A DNA stretch of 64,000 nucleotides from Candidatus Omnitrophota bacterium (GTDB lineage Bacteria > Omnitrophota > Omnitrophia > Omnitrophales > JACROU01): positions 66,926 to 130,925 of the forward strand of contig JAJDCD010000025.1 in assembly GCA_029261035.1 (NCBI GenBank), written 5' to 3'. Below are positions 20,604-28,567 of this stretch, in pieces. Each line of letters starts with the position of its first letter. Position 1 is the stretch's first letter. Both the position numbers and the translations under genes were made by a program. Under the pieces are notes generated by a model. That model was given only the letters and a program-made list of their open reading frames with translations. It did no database searches and was not told where the DNA came from.

Positions 20604-22151
20604 TTAAATCAATGAAGACTTAGCTGGTTTCTTAGCAATATGAGCTGCAATTTTATTCAAAGCTCTTAAATACGCCTGAACACTTGCTTCAATCACATCG
20701 GTACTGGATCCACGTCCAATAACTTCTTTACCTTGAACCTTCATCTTGACTCGAACTTCACCCAAAGCATCTTTGCCGCTGGTCACAGAATTGATGGAAT
20801 AGTCCGTTAATTTAACCTTAATTCCAGTAATTTTTTCCAATGCTCGATAACAAGCATCTACAGGGCCGTCCCCTTTTGAGCTGCCCGATTTCAACTTTCC
20901 ATGAACTCTCAATTTAATTTTTGCTTTGGGGGTCTCATCTGTAGCAATTCTTGTTTCCATATGAACCAATTCCCAAACTGTAGGAATATCAGAAACAACA
21001 TCTTCAACTAAACGTTCGACATCTTCGTCAAAAACATACTTCTTTTTATCTGCAAGAATTTTAAACTTCTCAAACACACCATCCAACTCTACGTCTGTCA
21101 ATTCAAAGCCCAACGTTGTCAAACGATCTCTAAACGCATGTCGTCCAGAGTGTTTCCCCAAGACCAACTCACTCCCCTTTAAACCTACAGTTTGAGGATC
21201 AATAATTTCGTACGTTTGTCTCATTTTCAACACACCATCTTGATGAATCCCGGATTCATGACTAAACGCATTTCGACCCACAATGGCTTTATTCGGCTGA
21301 ACAATCATTCCTGTTAAATGAGAAACCATCTTAGAACTTTTAATAATCTCGTCTAATTTAATATCTGTATAACAATCCATAATATCTTTACGCGTATCAA
21401 TTGCCATCACCAACTCTTCCAAGGATGCATTTCCAGCACGCTCACCAATACCATTAACAGTACACTCCACCTGATTAGCTCCTGCTGAAACAGCCGCCAA
21501 CGAATTAGCCACGGCCAACCCTAAGTCATTATGACAATGAACAGACAAAACCACTTTTTTGCCTAATTGAGGATTGTTTTTAATCAAATATTTAATTAAA
21601 TCTTTAAACTCTTGCGGCACCGTGTATCCAACAGTATCTGGAATATTAATAGAAGTGGCACCTGCTTTAATTGCCGCCTTAACCATGTCTGATAAAAATT
21701 TTCTCTCCGTTCGGCAAGCATCTTCAGGAGAAAATTCGATCTGATCGAAATCTTTTCTACAATCTTTAATATATTTTGTAGTTAAATCAAATAACTCTTG
21801 TTTGGTTTTATGAAGCTTATGCTCACGATGGATTTGACTGGTCGCCAAAAAAACATGAATCCTTTTATTTTGTGCAAACTTCAAAGCCTTTTTTACAGCC
21901 TCAACATCCTTCTTTACCATACGAGCCAACCCACAAATAACAGGTTTTTTTACCTGTTTAGAGATCTTCTGAATAGCTTCAACCTCACCAGGAGAAGCTG
22001 CTGGAAAACCCGCCTCAATAACATCTACATTCAATCGCTCTAACTGAAGAGCCACCTTTAGCTTCTCAGCTGGAGTCAAAGATGCCCCAGGAGACTGCTC
22101 ACCATCTCGTAACGTAGTGTCAAAAATATGTATTTTTCTCTTCTTCTTCAT
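20604..22151 (-). CDS. leuA: 2-isopropylmalate synthase
   Basis: DTTLRDGEQSPG, HCHNDLG, GERAGN, HESGIHQDG, C-terminal regulatory domain. Confidence 0.95.
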   Translation of the reverse strand: MKKKRKIHIFDTTLRDGEQSPGASLTPAEKLKVALQLERLNVDVIEAGFPAASPGEVEAIQKISKQVKKPVICGLARMVKKDVEAVKKALKFAQNKRIHVFLATSQIHREHKLHKTKQELFDLTTKYIKDCRKDFDQIEFSPEDACRTERKFLSDMVKAAIKAGATSINIPDTVGYTVPQEFKDLIKYLIKNNPQLGKKVVLSVHCHNDLGLAVANSLAAVSAGANQVECTVNGIGERAGNASLEELVMAIDTRKDIMDCYTDIKLDEIIKSSKMVSHLTGMIVQPNKAIVGRNAFSHESGIHQDGVLKMRQTYEIIDPQTVGLKGSELVLGKHSGRHAFRDRLTTLGFELTDVELDGVFEKFKILADKKKYVFDEDVERLVEDVVSDIPTVWELVHMETRIATDETPKAKIKLRVHGKLKSGSSKGDGPVDACYRALEKITGIKVKLTDYSINSVTSGKDALGEVRVKMKVQGKEVIGRGSSTDVIEASVQAYLRALNKIAAHIAKKPAKSSLI

Positions 22152-22254
22152 AAAAAACTTCTCTCTATTAAAATTTAAACTTCTTCCTATAGCATCTATT
22201 TTTAGACCACAGCAATATACCTAAAACATATTGCGCGAAGCACCTCTACCAAAC

Positions 22255-22285
22255 AAAAAAGCTTAGCTCGACGCTAAGCTTTTTT
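22255..22285. terminator. Intrinsic terminator between ilvC and leuA (potentially bidirectional)
   Basis: AAAAAA GCTTAGC TCGAC GCTAAGC TTTTT. Confidence 0.7.
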
Positions 22286-22325
22286 ACATTACTCCTCCTA
22301 CCCATAATTTAAGTTCCTAGGAGGA

Positions 22326-22401
22326 GGAAAGATTATCTTCCGCCGCGAGTTGCGCAGGCAGAAGGCCGAGCATGTCTGAGCGTCGGAAGGTAATCTTGTC
22401 C
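22326..22401. repeat. Structured palindromic element, copy 2
   Basis: Arms GGAAAGATTATCTTCCG / CGGAAGGTAATCTTGTCC around nearly the same core as 3119-3197. Confidence 0.8.
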
Positions 22402-22426
22402 GACGACGACCCTTGCTTAAATTCCC

Positions 22427-23458
22427 CTACCTCTTCCCAACACTTAAAGCACTTTGAGAACCAGAACTTGACTGAATCCAAGGCATCATTTTTCTTAACT
22501 CATCCCCCACCTTTTCAATCAAATGGCTATCATCACGATCTCTCATTTTATTATAATTACTACGATCTGTTTTATTCTCATTCATCCATTCTTCAGCAAA
22601 CTTTCCTGATTGAATTTCAGAAAGAATATTTTTCATTTCTTTTCTTGTCTCTTCAGTAATAATTCTGCGACCACGAGAATAATCTCCGTATTCTGCAGTA
22701 TCAGAAACTCGACGATGCATCCCTTTAATTCCGGAAACGAAAATAGCATCCGTAATCAATTTCAATTCATGAAGACATTCGAAATAAGCAATTTCAGGTT
22801 GGTACCCTGCATCCACCAAAGTTTCAAATCCAGCACGAATCAATTCACTGGTACCACCACAAAGAACCGCTTGCTCACCGAACAAATCAGTTTCTGTTTC
22901 TTCTTTAAATGTAGTTTCGATCACACCCGCTCTTGTTCCACCAATACCTTTAGCATGAGCTAGTGCAAGTTGCTTCGCATTTCCTGTAAAATCTTGCTGA
23001 ACCGCGATCAAACAAGGAACCCCTTTACCTTCCATATATTGAGAACGCACTAATGCACCTGGTCCTTTTGGAGCTACTAGAAAAATATCCACATTTTCAG
23101 GAGCCTTGATATATCCAAAATGAATATTAAAACCGTGAGAAAAAATCAACCCCTTACCTTCAGATAAGTGCTGTTTAATCTCATTTTCATACACTTCTAA
23201 CTGAATATGATCCTGAGTCAAAATCTGAATGTAATCCGCCTGCTCCGCTGCTTCAGCTGCAGTTACAGGTTGAAAACCATCTTTTACTGCTTGATCAAAA
23301 CTAGGGCTTGGTTGTCTTTGTCCAATAACAACATCCACACCACTATCTTTTAAATTTAAAGCTTGGCCTCTTCCTTGAATGCCATATCCAATAATTGCTA
23401 CTTTTTTTCCTTTTAACAGATTCAAATCTGCATCTTGATCGTAATACATCTTAGCCAT
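22427..23458 (-). CDS. ilvC: Ketol-acid reductoisomerase
   Basis: [38 protein letters not shown]. Confidence 0.97.
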   Translation of the reverse strand: MAKMYYDQDADLNLLKGKKVAIIGYGIQGRGQALNLKDSGVDVVIGQRQPSPSFDQAVKDGFQPVTAAEAAEQADYIQILTQDHIQLEVYENEIKQHLSEGKGLIFSHGFNIHFGYIKAPENVDIFLVAPKGPGALVRSQYMEGKGVPCLIAVQQDFTGNAKQLALAHAKGIGGTRAGVIETTFKEETETDLFGEQAVLCGGTSELIRAGFETLVDAGYQPEIAYFECLHELKLITDAIFVSGIKGMHRRVSDTAEYGDYSRGRRIITEETRKEMKNILSEIQSGKFAEEWMNENKTDRSNYNKMRDRDDSHLIEKVGDELRKMMPWIQSSSGSQSALSVGKR

Positions 23459-23493
23459 GATACTTTTCCTTTCGGTTTTAAACTCTAAAGTCT

Positions 23494-23528
23494 AAAAAAG
23501 GGGTCACTCGATTTACGAACGACCCCTT
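23494..23528 (-). terminator. Terminator-like hairpin between ilvN and ilvC
   Basis: Minus strand AAGGGGTC-GTTCGTAAATCGAGT-GACCCC-TTTTTT. Confidence 0.55.
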
Positions 23529-23569
23529 AGTCAAAATAAAAACAAGTTCTTAAAAGCTTAGCTCTCGTC

Positions 23570-24196
23570 TTACTTTTTAGCTTTCGCTACTTTTTTCTTA
23601 GCTTTAGATTTCTTTTTAACTGTTTTTTTAGCTGTCTTTTTTTTGACAACCTTTTTCTTACTCGTCTTACTTTTTGCTTTAGGGGCTTTTTTTAATTTTG
23701 AATTACTTGTCTTCTCAATATCTGAATTACGACTAATAGCTAAAAGCCCAGTTCTAACCACTTCGACCAAACCATAAGGTTCTAGTAATTCAAGCATCGC
23801 GTCCACTTTACCTTCAGTTCCTGTGATCTCAACAGTAACAAGTCTAGCATTCACATCTACAATTTTTGCTCTAAACGTATTAACTACTTGAATCACTTCA
23901 GAGCGAAGTGAGGCAGGTACTTTTAATTTCGCAATCACGAGTTCACGCGTGATTCGATCTTGTTCAGGCAAATCAAAAACTTTAATTACATCCACGAGTC
24001 GGTTCAATTGTTTTACAACCTGATCCAAAACACGATCATCACCGCGCGCCACAATAGTCATACGAGAAACACTAGGATCTTCCGTTTCTCCTACAGCTAA
24101 GCTATCAATATTAAAACCTCTGGCAGAAAACAAACCAGAAACAGATGCAAGAACACCAAAATGATTTTCAACTAAAACCGAGATCACATGCCTCAT
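23570..24196 (-). CDS. ilvN: Acetolactate synthase small subunit with Lys-rich C-terminal tail
   Basis: MRHVISVLVEN, RGFNIDSL, KQLNRLVDV; start moved to ATG 24196 (AGGAG RBS). Confidence 0.93.
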   Translation of the reverse strand: MRHVISVLVENHFGVLASVSGLFSARGFNIDSLAVGETEDPSVSRMTIVARGDDRVLDQVVKQLNRLVDVIKVFDLPEQDRITRELVIAKLKVPASLRSEVIQVVNTFRAKIVDVNARLVTVEITGTEGKVDAMLELLEPYGLVEVVRTGLLAISRNSDIEKTSNSKLKKAPKAKSKTSKKKVVKKKTAKKTVKKKSKAKKKVAKAKK

Positions 24197-24257
24197 AAAA
24201 ACTCCTTTGTCAAAGCTATAAGTCCTTGGCAACAAATGCCAAAACCCTAAGCTAAAT

Positions 24258-25946
24258 TTAAGCCATCCCCTCAATCATTTCTGAGTTGGACTTTCCTGCA
24301 GGAACCATTGGGTACACATTGTCTTCTTGTTGAACTTTAAAATGAAGAATCACAGGTCCTTTATATTCTTGAGCCTGCTTAATTATTTCAGGAACTTCAT
24401 GTTTCTTTGTTGCTCTTAAACCCAAAGCACCATAAGACTCCGCTAACTTAACATAATCGGGTCCTGGGATATAAGAATAAGAATACCGTTTATCATAAAA
24501 AATCTCCTGCCATTGCCGAACCATACCCAAATAGTTATTATCCAAAATCGCAATTTTAACAGGTAGTTCATGATCCACTGCTGTGGCCAATTCCTGAATA
24601 TTCATTTGGATACTACCATCTCCAGCAATACACCAAACATCTTTACCTGGCTTGGCAAAAGCAGCTCCAATCGCTGCCGGAAATCCAAATCCCATAGTCC
24701 CCAAACCACCACTCGTTACGTTTGTTCGCGGCTTCGTATAGTTCCAAAATTGAGCGGTCCACATTTGATGCTGACCCACCTCTGTCGTAACGACAGTTCC
24801 TCGATCACAACGTTTCGTAATCTCTTCAATCACATACTGAGATTTTAACTGTTCCTTTTCTCCTTGCGTATACTTTAGAGGATGCTTTGTCTTCCATTCA
24901 TTCAATTGCTTATGCCAAGGATTAATCTTTAGTTTTTTAATCTTTTTGGTCATCTCACTTAAGATTTGCTTCGCATCCCCAATAACATAACAATCTACTT
25001 CTACGTTCTTAGAAACAGAAGACGGATCAATGTCTAAGTGAATCTTTTTTGCTTTAGTTGCAAACTCAGAAACTTTCCCAGTAACACGGTCATCGAAACG
25101 GGCTCCAACAGCAATTAAACAATCACTTTCTTGAACTGCATGATTTGCGTAATATGTTCCATGCATACCTAACATTTTCAAAGAAAGAGTATCATCTTCA
25201 GGGTAAGCTCCTAATCCTAAAAGAGTCGTCGTAACAGGAATATTCGATTTCTTTGCAAAGTTATACAACTCTTTAGCTGCATTTGAAATAATAGCACCAT
25301 GACCTACGTAAAGAACGGGCTTCTTACTTTTTTGAATAATTTCTATTGCCGCATCTACATTTTGAGGGTTCGCCGCTTTAGGTGGATTGTATCCACGAAT
25401 GCTCACCTTTTTAGGATATTCAAACTCAGCAACATGCTGACTAATATCGATAGGAAAATCAATCAAAACAGGACCAGGCCTTCCCGTTTTAGCAATATAA
25501 AAAGCTTCTTTAGTAATTCTAGCAATATCTTTTACATCTTTAATTAAATAATTATGTTTTGTAATTGGACGTGTAATGCCAATAACATCCGCTTCTTGAA
25601 AAGCATCATTGCCAATTAAATAACTACGAACTTGTCCTGTAATAGCAACCATAGGAGCCGAGTCCATAAAAGCGGTGGCAATACCTGTAACTAAATTAGT
25701 TGCTCCAGGTCCAGAAGTTGCCATAACAACACCTGGTTTCCCTGTCGTTCTACCAACTGCGTCAGCCATGTGGGACGCACCTTGTTCATGACGCACTAAA
25801 ACCAATTTGATATCCGCATCATACAAAGCATCAAACACAGGAAGAATCGCTCCTCCAGGATATCCAAATATAACGTCTACACCTTCTTTTTTAATGCACT
25901 CAACCAAAATCTGCGCACCCGTCATCTTCATAACTAAATTCTCCAA
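24258..25946 (-). CDS. ilvB: Acetolactate synthase large subunit
   Basis: FGYPGG, RHEQGA, TSGPGATN, GDGSIQMN, LGMVRQWQ. Confidence 0.96.
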   Translation of the reverse strand: MENLVMKMTGAQILVECIKKEGVDVIFGYPGGAILPVFDALYDADIKLVLVRHEQGASHMADAVGRTTGKPGVVMATSGPGATNLVTGIATAFMDSAPMVAITGQVRSYLIGNDAFQEADVIGITRPITKHNYLIKDVKDIARITKEAFYIAKTGRPGPVLIDFPIDISQHVAEFEYPKKVSIRGYNPPKAANPQNVDAAIEIIQKSKKPVLYVGHGAIISNAAKELYNFAKKSNIPVTTTLLGLGAYPEDDTLSLKMLGMHGTYYANHAVQESDCLIAVGARFDDRVTGKVSEFATKAKKIHLDIDPSSVSKNVEVDCYVIGDAKQILSEMTKKIKKLKINPWHKQLNEWKTKHPLKYTQGEKEQLKSQYVIEEITKRCDRGTVVTTEVGQHQMWTAQFWNYTKPRTNVTSGGLGTMGFGFPAAIGAAFAKPGKDVWCIAGDGSIQMNIQELATAVDHELPVKIAILDNNYLGMVRQWQEIFYDKRYSYSYIPGPDYVKLAESYGALGLRATKKHEVPEIIKQAQEYKGPVILHFKVQQEDNVYPMVPAGKSNSEMIEGMA

Positions 25947-26101
25947 TCCGTAATATGAATAAATAAAAGTCTTTAAATTATCGTCAAAAAATGTTTTCCA
26001 TTAAGAAATTGTTTAACTTAGCAGAAAAGTGACACTCCTAAGGAGCCTATAAACTAGCAAGACATAAACGATGATTATAACAATGGTGTTATCATCTGTC
26101 T

Positions 26102-26371
26102 ATAGCTTTCAGCTATCAACCGTTAGCTATTAGCTTTAGGTAATTTAAGTCCTATAACCAAAATTTTGCGGTCTCTTTAGAGAAAAGGTGTCATTCCCGA
26201 ATTCCTTAGTCGGGAATCCATGCTATATAAATTTGAATAAAAAAAGGATCCTCGACACAAACATTCGGGGATGACAATTGGGAATGTCATTGCAATGCAT
26301 TGGACTTTGAGCCGTGGCAATCTCAGACAAATGAACCTTTTCCCTAAAAGCTAAAGGCTATAATCTAATAG
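26102..26371. repeat. Nested composite repeat: heptamer arms enclosing REP-like palindromes
   Basis: TTAGCTA-type heptamers at 26102-26139 and an inverted set at 26344-26371; TGTCATTCCCG..CGGGAATCCA (26189-26220); GGATCCTCG..GGGGATGACA (26246-26276); TGTCATTGC..GTGGCAATCTC (26285-26324). Confidence 0.75.
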
Positions 26372-26373
26372 AC

Positions 26374-28383
26374 TTACTTCAGAACAACTTCCCTAGCCTT
26401 CTCTACCTTTAATTCGTCTTTAACAAGCTCCACGTAGGCACGTAAAACTTCAGCAACTGAGGTTGCTTGCGCTGCTCCTCCTCTAGGATAATGGATCTTA
26501 TTTCCATCAAAAACTTCCGAAATATACCCTAAACCAGCATCCTCCAAATGTTCCAAAATAGCATCCAACTGCTTTAACATTCTTCGTTTGATGGTTTTTG
26601 TTCTTCCATAAGCTCTCAAGGATCCAAAAATATAGGCCCCCATTAACCAAGGAAAAACACACCCCTGATGATATATTCGATCTCGCTCAAAAACATCCCC
26701 AATATAAACCCCTTTATATCTAGGATCTTCAGGCGACAAGCTTCTTAATCCATAGGGAGTTAAAAGATGTTCATCTATTTTTTTCATTACCGGTTTCCAA
26801 CGGCTAGTGGAAAGTACCGGAAAAGGAAGACTAATAGAAAATACCTGATTCGGTCGAATCGTATCATCGTTTTCTTTTTCTCCTACGACATCATACAAAC
26901 AAGTTTCTTTTCTATTCCAAAAACGTTCATTGAAATTTTCCTTGGTATTAAATGCAAAATCCCGATAAACACCGCTCTCTTTTTCATCTTTGAGTAAATT
27001 TGAAAAAAACTCCATAATTTTTAATGCGTTGTACCACAACGCATTTACTTCTACCGTTTTTCCATAACGACTGGTTACAGGTTCATTCCCCACAGCAGCA
27101 TCCATCCATGTTAAACGTGTATGTTTATTCCCAGCTTTTAACAAAAAGTCTTGATCCATCTTAATATCATCCCGAGCCCCCTCAATGTAAAATTTGATAA
27201 TCTTTTTCATGGCGGGATAAAGTTTCTTAGAAACTGTCAGATCATCCTCTGTTAATTGGTAATACTCATAGACTGCATTCACAAACCACAAAGAAGCATC
27301 CACAGAATGATAGTCGGGTGTTTCAGAATGGTCCGGGAAATAATTAGGAATCATTCCCTGACTCACATAACGCGTATAAGCTAACAACAACTCTTTCGCC
27401 TCTTCAATCCTTCCCGTAGACAATGTTAAACCAGGTAATGCTATAAAGGTATCTCTTCCCCAATCTTCAAATCTCGGATAACCCGCAATCACACGCTTCA
27501 ATCCATCTTTAGCTGTCACAATAAAACTTCTAGAATTCCTCCACAGTTGACGTATTGCAGGATTTGAAATTTCTTCAGGAATTTCATCTTGTTCTCTTCT
27601 AGCCTCTTCAACTAGTCGAATGCGTTTTAGATTTAATTCTTTTTTCTTTTTTGTCGTTGCCAACAAATACACTTCCGACTCATTCAAAAATGAATATATA
27701 AAGGAACACGGCTGAAATAAATCTTCCTCACTCTCAGAACCTCTTTCTTTTTCACCCACCAACTGTGCGTGATTAAACCACGAAAATGATTTGTCTAAAA
27801 TTACTGAGTTATGATAAAAATAAATTGGCGGCAGCTCTGAGTATGGGGATAAGGAAACAACACCTACCTGTGTCTTCAACTCAGAATTTAATTCCTTATT
27901 TTCAAAACCTAAACTATGAAATTCACGATAAGCTAACTTAGGTTTTACTTCTAATCTTATTTTTTCAGGGTCTCCTGACAGTAAACGATAAGTTATGACT
28001 GTTGAGTTTTCCCCTTGAATCATAAATACATTTTTTTCTATAAGAATGTCATCGATTTGAAATATAAAAGAAGGAAAAGGAGAAAGTAAAAATTTAGATA
28101 AGTGATTGTAACCTTTTGGAAAGACTTTGTCTCGATAGACATTGGTAGATAATTCATACTTCTTAGAACCCACAAAGACAACTTCTTCCAAATGACTTAA
28201 AAGAACGAAACGCGCTCTTGGTGGCTGAGTTGCAGCAACAAGCAAACCATGATATCTACTCGTATTTGCACCAATCAGTGTTGAGGACGCATAACCCCCA
28301 ATCCCATTGGTCTCAATCCACTCTCGTTTTATCGCCCAATCAAAATCTTTGCACGCTTCTTTATCAAAAGACAAAGTATTCAT
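26374..28383 (-). CDS. Glycogen debranching enzyme / amylo-alpha-1,6-glucosidase
   Basis: EWIETNGIGGYAS, AGYPRFEDWGRDT, TWMDA, IRPNQ, YHQG. Confidence 0.92.
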   Translation of the reverse strand: MNTLSFDKEACKDFDWAIKREWIETNGIGGYASSTLIGANTSRYHGLLVAATQPPRARFVLLSHLEEVVFVGSKKYELSTNVYRDKVFPKGYNHLSKFLLSPFPSFIFQIDDILIEKNVFMIQGENSTVITYRLLSGDPEKIRLEVKPKLAYREFHSLGFENKELNSELKTQVGVVSLSPYSELPPIYFYHNSVILDKSFSWFNHAQLVGEKERGSESEEDLFQPCSFIYSFLNESEVYLLATTKKKKELNLKRIRLVEEARREQDEIPEEISNPAIRQLWRNSRSFIVTAKDGLKRVIAGYPRFEDWGRDTFIALPGLTLSTGRIEEAKELLLAYTRYVSQGMIPNYFPDHSETPDYHSVDASLWFVNAVYEYYQLTEDDLTVSKKLYPAMKKIIKFYIEGARDDIKMDQDFLLKAGNKHTRLTWMDAAVGNEPVTSRYGKTVEVNALWYNALKIMEFFSNLLKDEKESGVYRDFAFNTKENFNERFWNRKETCLYDVVGEKENDDTIRPNQVFSISLPFPVLSTSRWKPVMKKIDEHLLTPYGLRSLSPEDPRYKGVYIGDVFERDRIYHQGCVFPWLMGAYIFGSLRAYGRTKTIKRRMLKQLDAILEHLEDAGLGYISEVFDGNKIHYPRGGAAQATSVAEVLRAYVELVKDELKVEKAREVVLK

Positions 28384-28424
28384 AATTCACCTCTGAAGTA
28401 AGTATAACAGAGAATAGAAGTCCA

Positions 28425-28505
28425 AGATCCTTCGCTTCACTCAGGATGACAAATAAAAAATAATTTAGAAGAAAGCTTGTCATCCTGGAGTATGGGGAAG
28501 GATCT
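28425..28505. repeat. REP-like pair (AGATCCTTC..CAGGATGACA / TGTCATCCTG..GAAGGATCT)
   Basis: Copies at 28425-28451 and 28478-28505; same family at 54976-55057. Confidence 0.75.
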
Positions 28506-28567
28506 TAAGAAATTATTGAATTTACCTTTTGTCAGAGATCTTGCAACAGACTGCTTCACTTCAACCT

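Noticed and set aside
26189-26324. Clustered palindromes as a possible CRISPR array
   Set aside because: Units are non-identical and inverted, lack regular spacers, and no cas genes are present.
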